A stretch of 64,000 nucleotides of DNA from Candidatus Bathyarchaeota archaeon (GTDB taxonomy: Archaea > Thermoproteota > Bathyarchaeia > 40CM-2-53-6): assembly GCA_005884195.1 (NCBI GenBank), contig VBBP01000055.1:15021-79020 (forward strand). The letters are read 5' to 3'. The position numbers and the translations under genes were made by a program. This document shows, piece by piece, positions 10,543 through 20,342 of the stretch. The first letter of the stretch is position 1. The number at the start of each line of letters is the position of its first letter. A model generated the notes under the pieces. It was not told the origin of the DNA. It did not search any database and saw only the letters and a program-made list of their open reading frames with translations.

Positions 10543-11643
10543 TTAACTCTTTAGGACTCGTGGAATCATTCCGCCGCGGATCATCAAGTCTGCCAATCCT
10601 ATTGCGACCATTCCTTGGACTACCGGTACGGCTTTGGGGACTACGCACGGGTCGTGGCGTCCTTTGACCTCAAGTTTGGTCTCCTCCATCTGGGTCATGT
10701 TCACGGTCCTTTGCTCCTTCGCAATTGAGGAAGGCGGCTTGAAAGCGACTCTGAGCAGTAGAGGCATTCCGGTCGACATTCCCCCCAAGACCCCTCCCGA
10801 ATTATTGGTCAACGTGACAACCGTTCCCTCTTTGATCACGTATTGATCGTTGTTTTCAGATCCCTTGAGACGGGTTGCCTGGAACCCTGCTCCAAATTCG
10901 ACTCCCTTGACGGCAGGGATTCCGAAGAGTATCTTGGCGAGCTCGGAGTCGATAGCGTCGAAGAGTGGTTCGCCAACGCCCACCGGAAGGTTCAACGCGG
11001 TACACTCGACAATTCCCCCGACACTATCCCCATCATCTTTTGCGCTTAACACAACTTGGCGCATTTTCTCCGCTATGGCCTGGTTTGGGCATCTCATCGA
11101 GTTCTCATAGGTCATCTTCTTCACAGCTTCAAGGCTAGGAGCATTATCCAATTGAACTCCGTCGATGGCAAAGGTATACGCTAGGACCTCCACGCCAAAC
11201 GTAGAAAGGAGTTTTTGGGCGATCGCTCCCGCGGCTACGAATGCTGCAGTCATTCTTCCTGACAGTCTCCCTCCTCCTCGGTAGTCGCTGAACCCACCAT
11301 ACTTCACCTTCGCCGGATAATCCGAGTGTCCAGGCCGAACGAGGTCTTTGAGAGGCTCGTAATCCGATGATTTCACGTCTCTATTTTTGATATGCAACGT
11401 CATCGGCGCGCCTGTTGTATGGTCCTGGAATACTCCTGAGAATAATTCCACAACATCAGGCTCTCGTCGGGCAGAAACGACCTCTTTCTCTTGCGGAATT
11501 CTCAGGTCTAGGGACTGCTGAATGTCATAGACCCTTAGTGATAGTCCGGCGGGGCAGCCATCTACTGTGACACCTACTACCGGGCCGTGGCTTTCTCCGA
11601 AACAGGTAACCACGAACGCTTTACCGATAGAATTACTCCACAC
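10543..11643 (-). CDS. aroC: Chorismate synthase
   Basis: FGESHG, RPGHSD, RGGGRLSGR, IPAVKGVEFG, GRHDPC. Confidence 0.96.
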   Translation of the reverse strand: MWSNSIGKAFVVTCFGESHGPVVGVTVDGCPAGLSLRVYDIQQSLDLRIPQEKEVVSARREPDVVELFSGVFQDHTTGAPMTLHIKNRDVKSSDYEPLKDLVRPGHSDYPAKVKYGGFSDYRGGGRLSGRMTAAFVAAGAIAQKLLSTFGVEVLAYTFAIDGVQLDNAPSLEAVKKMTYENSMRCPNQAIAEKMRQVVLSAKDDGDSVGGIVECTALNLPVGVGEPLFDAIDSELAKILFGIPAVKGVEFGAGFQATRLKGSENNDQYVIKEGTVVTLTNNSGGVLGGMSTGMPLLLRVAFKPPSSIAKEQRTVNMTQMEETKLEVKGRHDPCVVPKAVPVVQGMVAIGLADLMIRGGMIPRVLKS

Positions 11644-12907
11644 TGAGTTCTGCCCCCAATCTTGAGAGGTCCTGGAAGAATTCCGGGTAGGATTTCGAAA
11701 CAGCTTCCGAGTTCTGTACTATTGACTCTCCCTTGGCCCCAAGAGATGCGGCGGCGCACGCCATGGCGACACGATGGTCGCCGTGTGAATCGAACGCGCT
11801 TCCGACCAATTCTCTGTTTCCTTCAATCTTGATCATGTCGTTTTCAACACGAATCTTGGCGCCCATCTTCCCCAGCTCCGTTGGCAGAGTTTGTAATCGG
11901 TTCGACTCCTTGTAAACCAGCCTCTTCACCCCTCGGATCTCCGTTGACCCGTCCGCGAAACATCCTAAGATCTCCAGCGGGGGAACAAGATCCGGGTTAT
12001 TACTCGCGTCAAAATCGAACCCATCCAGCTCTCCCCTACCTATCGTCAGACTATCCCCATCCTGCTGAACCTCAAGACCGATTTCAGGAGCGACTTTCAT
12101 CATGGCAGAATCAGGCTCAAGCTCGTAGGAGCCAAGGCCAGATATGATGATCTCGGCTCCAGCAACTCCGGTCGCAGCAATGAGGAAGGCTGCTGACGAA
12201 AAGTCTCCTGGAACTTGATGAGAAGCAGGGACGAACTTTTGGGGGGCCGGAATCCTAAACGTTCCCTCAGATTCCTCGATAGAGATTCCGTGCTTCCTCA
12301 GCACGTCAATGGACACGTCAACGTACGGCCGCGATTCCAGTGAGCCCTCTACCTTTATCGTGACGTCTCTCATTGCCAGAGGGGCTGCGAAGAGGAGACC
12401 CGAGATGAACTGCGAGCTTATGTCGCCTCGAACCGTGACTTCTCCTCCTCTGAGAGGTCCCCTAATCAGTACCTCAAAGCCGTGTGTGTCGGAAAACGCC
12501 CGCGCGGAGGCACCTAGAACGTTGATTGCCTGCACAAGCGGATCCAACGGCCTGTTGGCAAGTCTCGGGCTGCACGTTAGCCTAACTGTTCTTAGAGAAG
12601 TAGACGCGATCGCGGTCAGGAACCTGAGGGTGGCTCCGGACTCACCGCAGTCAAAGGGTCTGTTAGTAGGTGTCGGTCTCGTGACCCCGTAGGAAATTGT
12701 CCGGGTTTTCTTGACAACCACGTTCGCTCCTAACCGTTGCATCCCTTGAAGTGTTCGCTGGGTATCATCACAGTGCAGTGCTCCATCGATAACCGATTTT
12801 CCCTCTGACAACAGAGAGGCGAGGAGTGCTCTGTGGGTGTACGCCTTGGATCCGGGAGCCTTTACTTTCCCGTGCAGCGCTTGGGGACCCTTGATCCTGG
12901 CTCTCAG
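11633..12907 (-). CDS. aroA: 3-phosphoshikimate 1-carboxyvinyltransferase (EPSP synthase), CTG start
   Basis: APGSKAYTHR lies upstream of the track start; also GESGATLRF, SSQFISGLL, KESNR, DHRVAM; CTG at 12907 overlaps the aroK TGA (CTGA). Confidence 0.93.
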   Translation of the reverse strand: MRARIKGPQALHGKVKAPGSKAYTHRALLASLLSEGKSVIDGALHCDDTQRTLQGMQRLGANVVVKKTRTISYGVTRPTPTNRPFDCGESGATLRFLTAIASTSLRTVRLTCSPRLANRPLDPLVQAINVLGASARAFSDTHGFEVLIRGPLRGGEVTVRGDISSQFISGLLFAAPLAMRDVTIKVEGSLESRPYVDVSIDVLRKHGISIEESEGTFRIPAPQKFVPASHQVPGDFSSAAFLIAATGVAGAEIIISGLGSYELEPDSAMMKVAPEIGLEVQQDGDSLTIGRGELDGFDFDASNNPDLVPPLEILGCFADGSTEIRGVKRLVYKESNRLQTLPTELGKMGAKIRVENDMIKIEGNRELVGSAFDSHGDHRVAMACAAASLGAKGESIVQNSEAVSKSYPEFFQDLSRLGAELSVE

Positions 12908-13776
12908 GTCTCGATCAACGCCTTCGAAAAGTTCAGGTTAGCCTCGATAACTCGTCCATCGAATCTTGCGAAAGCCTGCCGCACAGGGTTCAAGGTTTTC
13001 TCGTCGATTATGGCGGCAACGGCAGGGCCCTTGCCAGACAGTCCTGCTCCGAGTGCGCCTGCTTCGATTGCTGAGAGTGCTGGGCGAGGGTCTTCTCCGA
13101 GGATGGATGCGACCGCGAGGCCGTTGAGCGTGAGCGCGTCCCAGATGTGGCCGTTGCTGGCTTCGCCGTACGCTAATTCGGATATCCGCCGAATAGGAGC
13201 AAATCTGGTCGGATCCAAGTGTCCTGTTCGAGTTTTTCGTGGTGGAACAAGTATGAGGACCCTGAGATCTCGGGGGATCTTGAGAATTTTTTCCGCCTTT
13301 CTACAATCATTATCTGTTAGGACACCGCCGCCGTGATAGGACGCGAATGAATCGTCGTACGCTCCTGTCAGGCTTACGCCGGATTCGATGGATGCCTCAA
13401 CTCCAATCCCGACTAGCCCATCATCATCTGTCTTTTCATCAATGGCAGAAGCAGTAGCTAGGGCCACTGCGTTGGCAGCGGCGCTGCTGCTCTTGAGACC
13501 AACAGCTATTGGAATGTTTGATGAGGTGACGACTTCTCCTTGCAGCTTCCGCTCATACCCATAGTGCTCTAGGGTTTTCTGGACCACTGTGATCGCGAGG
13601 CTGTTGGATTCTTTCGGGTCCGAGGATACGAATCCAGAGATCGGGCCAGGTCCCTCGCGTAGGCTGACTTTGGCTCGGGTCCAAAGGTCTACTCCAAGGG
13701 CGCCTCCTTTCCCCGTAGGAAACGCGTTTAGTATGCTGATGGCTCCGTGCGAGAGAGCCTGACCGGTCCTTTTCAT
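12904..13776 (-). CDS. aroK: Archaeal (GHMP-family) shikimate kinase
   Basis: GAISILNAFPTGKG, IPIAVGLKSSSAAA, TGAYDD, GLSGKGP. Confidence 0.93.
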   Translation of the reverse strand: MKRTGQALSHGAISILNAFPTGKGGALGVDLWTRAKVSLREGPGPISGFVSSDPKESNSLAITVVQKTLEHYGYERKLQGEVVTSSNIPIAVGLKSSSAAANAVALATASAIDEKTDDDGLVGIGVEASIESGVSLTGAYDDSFASYHGGGVLTDNDCRKAEKILKIPRDLRVLILVPPRKTRTGHLDPTRFAPIRRISELAYGEASNGHIWDALTLNGLAVASILGEDPRPALSAIEAGALGAGLSGKGPAVAAIIDEKTLNPVRQAFARFDGRVIEANLNFSKALIET

Positions 13777-14612
13777 TTCCAATCCTTTCCCAACCAGTCG
13801 ACGAGGGAGGATCGCATGAGGGCGAATGGAGCGGTCTCATTTAGCCAGATTTCGTAAGACAGGGCAGCCTGGTGCACGAGCATCTCTAGCGGGCTTATCA
13901 TGCCGCTTCCGGCAGGAATCGGTTCGCTATGCTTGTCGTATGCGAGGTCAAAGACCCAGCCCGTATCCTTCAATTTGTTGAGTGGAATCTTGAGTTGGGA
14001 TAGGAGTGCCGAGGTCCGTATCGGAGTCGAATTGACGAGAAGATCTGTATCGCGGAGAGAATTCTCCAAACTATTCTTGTCAAGTTCTCCATACGAAATT
14101 CTGCAGGGGCCAGATGCTCTATCCGCTAGTTGTCGGGCCTTGTCTAAGGTTCTGTTGAGAATTCGGATCTTGTTGTTTTCTCTAGAAAAACGATGGACTA
14201 GCGCTTTGGCAGCTCCTCCGGCCCCTAGAACTAGTATGCGCTTATTGTTGGGTTCGAAACCGTAGGATCTTAGTGCTCTGACAGCTCCTTCGCCGTCAGT
14301 GTTGTGCCCTACAAGTCCTCTATTGGTTCGGGAAACGGTGTTGACCGACCCGATCATCTCGGTTCCATCGTTCAGGTGGTCCAGCATTTCTATGATAGCG
14401 GTCTTGTGAGGCATTGTGACGTTGAAGCCATCAAACCCGAGTGTGCGGGCTGCTTCCACTGCATCTTCTAGCTTGTCTTTGGTGATCTCGAATGGCACAT
14501 AGGTTCTGTTGAGGCAGAGTTTCTCGAAGGTCCTGTTGAAGATTACCGGGCTGAGGCTGTGGGATACTGGTGATCCGTAGAGAGAGTGGACTCTCGTGTC
14601 GCCTTTGATCAT
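13773..14612 (-). CDS. aroE: Shikimate dehydrogenase
   Basis: HSLSP, GFNVTMPHK, GSVNT, NTDGEG, LGAGGAA. Confidence 0.95.
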   Translation of the reverse strand: MIKGDTRVHSLYGSPVSHSLSPVIFNRTFEKLCLNRTYVPFEITKDKLEDAVEAARTLGFDGFNVTMPHKTAIIEMLDHLNDGTEMIGSVNTVSRTNRGLVGHNTDGEGAVRALRSYGFEPNNKRILVLGAGGAAKALVHRFSRENNKIRILNRTLDKARQLADRASGPCRISYGELDKNSLENSLRDTDLLVNSTPIRTSALLSQLKIPLNKLKDTGWVFDLAYDKHSEPIPAGSGMISPLEMLVHQAALSYEIWLNETAPFALMRSSLVDWLGKDWK

Positions 14613-14618
14613 GTGTTG

Positions 14619-15302
14619 TTACTCCACGCCTAGCATCTCGTAGATTCGTCGAAGTTCAGCGATAGTCGATTGTCCCGGGGCGGTTTCTAGCCCTCTCTCG
14701 AGAGAAGCGTAGGTGAAGTGGGCCCCGTAGAATGGTGCTAGTAGTCTAGACCAGACTCCTGCCTGTCCCATTGCAAAACTGACCAGCGGTGAATTCTGAT
14801 GGTTTGCTTTCAACAGACTGAGAACCGTCAGATTGTCTTCAGGAATCTGGGCTGTTGTGACGATCTTGCAGACATCTGGTTTGAACTTCTGTAATTGGGC
14901 TAGGGTCGAGGCAAGTTTCGCCGGATCGGGTGTTCTGAAGTGGTCATGGTGTGATAGTATGATCTTGGCACCTTTGTCTCGGAATGTCTTGATGACGCGG
15001 TCAAGCTTGCTTGTCGTGAGCTCCAGGTCCACGTACTGGAATCCCCCCTCTACTGCCTCCATCAGAATCTTCAACCGCTCAGCTTCGGATCTGTCGAAGG
15101 ATCCTTTCTCTGACAAGGGCCTGTTTGTTCCGATGATTGGTCGCTCCACTGCCCTTGCTATCTTTGTGAGTCCATGGTAGCTGCGGAGCCTGTCCAAACG
15201 AACTTCTACGAGGTCGGCAGAGAGTCTCTCAGCCCTCTGGGCTCTGCCCAGTAGTTCTGGGGTGTCGGTGGAGGAGATTGAGACGCAGACTTTTGGGTTC
15301 AT
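14619..15302 (-). CDS. aroD: Type I 3-dehydroquinate dehydratase
   Basis: EVRLD, SHHDF, CKIV, FAMG..G..SR, TAPGQ. Confidence 0.94.
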   Translation of the reverse strand: MNPKVCVSISSTDTPELLGRAQRAERLSADLVEVRLDRLRSYHGLTKIARAVERPIIGTNRPLSEKGSFDRSEAERLKILMEAVEGGFQYVDLELTTSKLDRVIKTFRDKGAKIILSHHDHFRTPDPAKLASTLAQLQKFKPDVCKIVTTAQIPEDNLTVLSLLKANHQNSPLVSFAMGQAGVWSRLLAPFYGAHFTYASLERGLETAPGQSTIAELRRIYEMLGVE

Positions 15303-16354
15303 TTCTCGATAATCATCTCATCTGCAACTTTTGTTCCAAAGTGGCGCCCGCCCTCTTCGAATCGGACCAGTACTTCGTCGCCAGGCTTGATCTCGGAAAC
15401 CGACTTGGACCCGTCTCGCGTAACTAGCCGGACTGTTTCAGCGTTCTGAACTATCGTCGTTATCTTTCGGTTTCCAATGTTCGCTTCGACGAGAATCATC
15501 GGCCTGCGTTCGATCTTGATTCTCGCGACGTCAACGCTCCGTGTTCTTCCCGTCCTGTCGATCAGGAGTACGGTTTCTCCTGCTGATAGCTCGGAGAGGT
15601 ACCGTGTTTTTCCTTTCGCCATTAGAACGTATGACGAGACGGGGCCCGCGTTTACCCTGAAGGGGCGCGAGTTCACATGAGGATTCGGATGTACTTCGCC
15701 CTCGGCCAGGAAGAGTGCTTGCGACGAAGAGCCAGTCAATAGTCCCTCGCCGGGTTCAAGAATCTCAGTCGTGTCCACGCAGACCCTAGCTCCTGTCCCA
15801 ATGGGCTTGACGCTTGTCACAATAGCAGTTGAGAGCGAGATGTCCTCGGAATCCCCTAGTATCAAGTCTCGGGTCCTGAGAATCTCACTCATGTCGTGGG
15901 AGGCAAGCGCTATCCCGTCGGCTCCCAGTTCTAGAGTTGAGAGCGCTATCCTGCTTTCGTCAAAACTTGTGGTTCTAGCAAGAAGCTTTGAACGTCCTTT
16001 CGCCTCCGCGATCAGGTTTTCGAGCGGGATGATCTTCCAGTTGGGGCAATTGATCAGGAGATAATCGGGACTTAGCTCGAGTGCCTGAGATATCTTGTCA
16101 AGCTCCTTCTGATTGCCGATCATAACCTCCAGCGCTACTGGCGTCCTGCTCCTCTTGGCGCTGGACAGGTTGTCAAGGTTTGATGTGACAAGAATATCCG
16201 TCCCTTGTAGCCGCGAGGCGATTTTCGTTGAAACTCCAGCAAGGTCTTTGTCTGTGAGGACTGTGTGTGGCCTGGCTTCGACAACCATCTTGCGGATGGC
16301 TTCTGCAGATAGGTCAGGGTTAGGCTCTAGCCAGAATTCTCTCACTTCTTTCAC
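15299..16354 (-). CDS. aroB': 3-dehydroquinate synthase II (archaeal AroB', MJ1249 family)
   Basis: WKIIPLENLIA, RVCVDT, RPFRVNAG, KIERRP, QNAETVRL, GRHFG. Confidence 0.93.
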   Translation of the reverse strand: MKEVREFWLEPNPDLSAEAIRKMVVEARPHTVLTDKDLAGVSTKIASRLQGTDILVTSNLDNLSSAKRSRTPVALEVMIGNQKELDKISQALELSPDYLLINCPNWKIIPLENLIAEAKGRSKLLARTTSFDESRIALSTLELGADGIALASHDMSEILRTRDLILGDSEDISLSTAIVTSVKPIGTGARVCVDTTEILEPGEGLLTGSSSQALFLAEGEVHPNPHVNSRPFRVNAGPVSSYVLMAKGKTRYLSELSAGETVLLIDRTGRTRSVDVARIKIERRPMILVEANIGNRKITTIVQNAETVRLVTRDGSKSVSEIKPGDEVLVRFEEGGRHFGTKVADEMIIEK

Positions 16355-17132
16355 CCAGGATGGAGAGTGCTTGCGTAGGGCTGTTGCCGTTGTGGACTAT
16401 CTCGACGAGCGCTCTAGTCATCAAGGCGGGCTTGCTGTTCTGGAACACGTTTCGCCCAATCGATACTCCTGCGGCTCCTGCTTTGATCGAGTCCGACACG
16501 AGCTGGAGAGATTCGGATTCGCTGCCGGCTTTCGGCCCGCCAGCTACGACCAACGGTGCTTTGACGCTCTTAACGACGTTTCGGAAGCTTTCAACTTCTC
16601 CAGTATAGTTCGTCTTGACGATGTCTGCTCCTAGTTCGTAGCCGAGCCGAGCTGCGTGGCTGACGACCTCGTAAGCGTGTTCGTTCTGGATTCCGGGTCC
16701 TCTCGGATACATCATCGCGAGGACCGGCAGGCCTACATCGTCGCTCTCGTCTAGTATTCGCGAGAACTGGTCGAGCATGTGTTGCTCGTGTTCGGATCCG
16801 ACGTTGATATGAACAGATACAGCGTCAGCTCCTAGTCGGAGGGCTAGTTTGACACTGGAGAGTTGCGTTTTCCAGTTGGGTTCGCGGGTTAGTCGCGTGG
16901 CGCCTGAGAGGTGGACTATTAGGCCCATTCCCTGATTGTCAACCGTCTTCGCGGTGCCGGCGTGGACGAGTACGGCGTCGGCTCCTCCCTTGGCCACATT
17001 GTCGATGGTCTCGCTCATGTCGGTGAGTCCTTCGATTGGTCCGACGGATACTCCATGGTCCATGGGTATAATGACGGTCCTGCCGTCTTGGCGGAATATT
17101 CGTCGGAGTCTGCGGGTTTTTCCAGTTTCCAT
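16320..17132 (-). CDS. aroA': 2-amino-3,7-dideoxy-D-threo-hept-6-ulosonate synthase (AroA', MJ0400 family class I aldolase)
   Basis: GKTRRLRRI, PMDHG, AMMYPRG, ELGADIVKT, AGG, GRNVFQ; lies next to aroB'. Confidence 0.9.
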   Translation of the reverse strand: METGKTRRLRRIFRQDGRTVIIPMDHGVSVGPIEGLTDMSETIDNVAKGGADAVLVHAGTAKTVDNQGMGLIVHLSGATRLTREPNWKTQLSSVKLALRLGADAVSVHINVGSEHEQHMLDQFSRILDESDDVGLPVLAMMYPRGPGIQNEHAYEVVSHAARLGYELGADIVKTNYTGEVESFRNVVKSVKAPLVVAGGPKAGSESESLQLVSDSIKAGAAGVSIGRNVFQNSKPALMTRALVEIVHNGNSPTQALSILGERSERILARA

Positions 17133-17142
17133 TTGTATTTGA

Positions 17143-18192
17143 TCACTTGATGATCTTCTTTGCAATGAAGAGTTCCGCGTTGAGGATGGAGCACCCCGCT
17201 CCGCCGCGGACGAGGTTGTGGCCGAGGGCCATATACTTGACACCGTTCAACGCCGGGTCTCGGCGGACCCGTCCGACGGTGACCGCCATCCCATTTCCCG
17301 CATCGACATCGAGCCTTGTCTGCGGACGATCTTCCTCCTCCCGGACAACGATCGGATGCTCGGGTGCTGAGGGGAGCTTGAGTTGTTGAGGAGTTCCCCT
17401 GAACTCTCTCATCGCCTTGACGATTTGGTTAGGTGTTACGGCTGATCGTGTTTTGGCGAAGACTGCTTCCATGTGCCCGTGGAGCGTTGGGACCCTGTTG
17501 CAGCTTGCGGAGACAGTAATCCCGGCGGGTTTCGACGTTGTTCCGAGTATCTTGTTGGTTTCATGTTCGACTTTTTCCTCCTCGTTCCTGATGAACGGGA
17601 TGACGTTCTGCATGATGTCGAGGGACGCGACTCCGGGGTATCCTGCGCCGGAAACGGCTTGCATTGAGGATACGACGACGGTTTCCAGCCCGTACTTGTC
17701 GTGCAGGGGTTTGAGAGATAGGGTGAGGATCGCGGTTGTGCAGTTGGGGTTGGCAACAATGAAACCGTCAGTCTTCATCTTTCGTTTCTGTTCCTCTACC
17801 ATCACGGCATGTTCAGGGTTTGCTTCTGGATTCAGGAGTGGGACGTATTGATCCATTCTGTGCGATGATGCATTAGAGAAAACTGGTATCCCGGCTCTAG
17901 CAAACTCTTCCTCCACTGTTCCTGCGACTTCAGCAGGAAGGGCAGAGAAGGCAAGTTCCGGGTCGTCCAGGGCCCGCGGGTTAGGTTTTGTTAGTACGAG
18001 TCCTCCGAGCTCATCGGGGAGGTTTGCCTCTTTTCGGGATCCGATCGAGGACGCGTATGTTTTGCCCATGCTCTTGTCGGATGCCGCAACAGCAGTTACC
18101 TCGAACCATGGGTGGTGGCCTAGTAGCTGGACAAATTTCTGACCCATCATTCCGGTCGCTCCGAGGACGACTACCTTTCTCTTGTTCACCAT
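17143..18192 (-). CDS. asd: Aspartate-semialdehyde dehydrogenase
   Basis: LGATGMMGQ, NPNCTT, QAVSGAG, EEDRPQ, HNLVRGGAG. Confidence 0.96.
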   Translation of the reverse strand: MVNKRKVVVLGATGMMGQKFVQLLGHHPWFEVTAVAASDKSMGKTYASSIGSRKEANLPDELGGLVLTKPNPRALDDPELAFSALPAEVAGTVEEEFARAGIPVFSNASSHRMDQYVPLLNPEANPEHAVMVEEQKRKMKTDGFIVANPNCTTAILTLSLKPLHDKYGLETVVVSSMQAVSGAGYPGVASLDIMQNVIPFIRNEEEKVEHETNKILGTTSKPAGITVSASCNRVPTLHGHMEAVFAKTRSAVTPNQIVKAMREFRGTPQQLKLPSAPEHPIVVREEEDRPQTRLDVDAGNGMAVTVGRVRRDPALNGVKYMALGHNLVRGGAGCSILNAELFIAKKIIK

Positions 18193-18193
18193 T

Positions 18194-19544
18194 CTAGCTG
18201 TTCTCCAGCGAGGTTCTGATCAGTCCTCCAGCTTGTTTCCTGAGCTTCCAGTCGACGAGGACAAGGACGGACGATGTTATTGTGAGGACGCCGAATATGT
18301 TGATGTTACTCGACCGCAAAACATCGGATATTCTCGCGACCACTCCCGGCGTCTCTTCCGAGCCCACTCCCTTGACCGTGATGAGCGACATGCCCATCCG
18401 AATGGCGAGGGCAAGACCGTGAGGATCCCTTGAAATTACGTCGTGAAGTCTGGAAATCTGTCGTGGCAGGCTCGGTGTCTGGCTAAGGTAGAGTATCGCG
18501 CTATCGCTGTCCTGAGAGATAGCAACCAGATTCGTTCTGATGATCCGGGTGACTTTCCGAATAAGTTCTGGGTTCTGGGGTAGGTCCCGTCCTACCAAGG
18601 TGATGGAGGCTACCGGATCTGGATTGTGGATTTTCACCTCCAGCTCAGGCAATGGTCCGCCAGTGATCTGAGTTCCCTTTGCGTCAAGTCTTCCTGCTGC
18701 GCTGGATATGACTCGAATGTTGATCGCTGGGTCCTTGTATCGTAGCGCTTTTCGATGAATGAATTTTGTTCCGCTATCAGCGATCCCGACCAACGCCTTC
18801 ATGTCGATCGATCTTAGAACATGCGCATTACCGATGAGGTTGGGATCTCCTGTTAGGATTCCTTGTGCACTGGTCACAAGGACAACCTCGTCTGCTTCGA
18901 GTGCCGTGGCGAGGAGGAGGGCAGTGGTATCACTTCCCCCACGACCTAGCGTGCTAATTCGTCCGTCTCTGGTTCGGCCTATGAAGCCGCCGACCACCGG
19001 GATAATTCCGTCCTCGACAACCGGCTTCACATGTTTCCGTATTCTTTGAATGCTCACCGATCTCATTGGGTTTGCGTTTGAAAAGTCATGGTCGGTGATG
19101 ATCGGCCAGTCTCGGTCTGACGGGTCGAAGTAGCGGGCTTGTATCCCGCGTGATTTCAGTGATGCCGCGAATATTCTGGCGCTTGTTCGTTCGCCCATCG
19201 CGAGAATATCGTCCCTATCAGTTTCGACTATTCTTGCGCCGTGGTCGGTGAGTTCGAGAAGCTCGTCAGTAGTCTTTCCAACTGCGCTGACCACTACGAC
19301 TAGTCTGTTTCCTTTGGAGTATTCTCTGGCGACTGATTCTGCTGCTAGATTGATCTTTTTCCCGTTGGATAGGCTGGACCCGCCAAACTTTGCGATGATC
19401 AGGCGGCGGCGTTGACCCGCTCGCAACGCCCTGTTCGGTCGGTGTTCTAGTTCGGTTGTTGTGCAGGCTGGAGTCTGATTCTGGTGCTTAGACCTGGATG
19501 AGGGTCTCGGGAGCGGGTCTATGCCAGTAAAGATGACCACCCAT
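18194..19544 (-). CDS. lysC: Aspartate kinase; start either TTG 19426 / GTG 19540, or ATG 19544 with a +1 frameshift at CTT-TAC
   Basis: KFGGSS, VVSAVGKTTD, GERTS, TLGRGGSDTTA, C-terminal ACT domain. Confidence 0.9.
19488..19544 (-). promoter_or_regulatory. Operon leader ORF MGGHLYWHRPAPETLIQV with a CTT-TAC-TGG candidate Tyr(/Trp)-sensing +1 frameshift site
   Basis: ATG GGT GGT CAT CTT TAC TGG...TAA; a +1 slip gives TTT ACT GGC, in frame with aspartate kinase; TATA-like TAAATAA on the minus strand near 19585-19591. Confidence 0.62.
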
Positions 19545-19672
19545 CCCCGTTACACCAGAGATAGGTTCCAACTACACTGCGCGCTTATTTAGCGTTATGG
19601 AAACCCTTTCGGCCTGTTCCTTTCTCGAGGGAAGAAGAGCGTGGGCGTTTTTACCGTTTGTTGTGAGGCTGG

Positions 19673-20200
19673 CTAGATGCTGGCTCCGATGATCATTAGG
19701 ATCAGCGCGATTCCGAGCAGGGTCACTCCTAATCGTCCAGCTAAGCCCATTCTTTTCTGGAGGCCTGCGATTTGGGCTGCCTTCTGATCTTGAGCGGATG
19801 GTTCCGCCGGAGGTTTCGGGGACTGCTTCGTCAGTGATATGAATTTTCGACCTGCTGGAACTAGGACTCCGAGTGCTATGATAAGAACAACTAAGCCTAG
19901 GGCAGCGCCTGCTTGGATGTAGACTAGTCCTGGGCCTGTCAGGGCGAACGAGCTTGTTGTCTGGGTTGTTGCATACCCGTAAAGGATGACTCCTGCTACT
20001 ATTGCTAGGATTGAGCTTCCAGTGATGAACCTGAGGTACCTTGGGAGGGCGGACTGGATGAATTCGGCTCTGGAGGCCGGAGACATTTTCGAGAGTGAGG
20101 GAATAATTACGGAGACGAATAGTGCAGCGCCTCCCATCCAGGCTACTATTGCGCCAATATGGAGGACCAATAGAACGAGGAATGTAGGGTCGGCAGCCAT
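19673..20200 (-). CDS. 4-TM membrane protein (CopD/DUF2269-like)
   Basis: LHIGAIVAWMGG first helix and four hydrophobic segments. Confidence 0.65.
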   Translation of the reverse strand: MAADPTFLVLLVLHIGAIVAWMGGAALFVSVIIPSLSKMSPASRAEFIQSALPRYLRFITGSSILAIVAGVILYGYATTQTTSSFALTGPGLVYIQAGAALGLVVLIIALGVLVPAGRKFISLTKQSPKPPAEPSAQDQKAAQIAGLQKRMGLAGRLGVTLLGIALILMIIGASI

Positions 20201-20342
20201 ATGCTGGAACCGGTACGGTGTTGAGGAGTTCTGGTTATTATGGTATGCCACTCGAATATCCATTGTACCTTTTTCCGTAGAAAACCTACAATGGCTGGAA
20301 ACGGCCTCCCGCGCTGGTCGAAGACAGGCATTTTTTTGCTAG

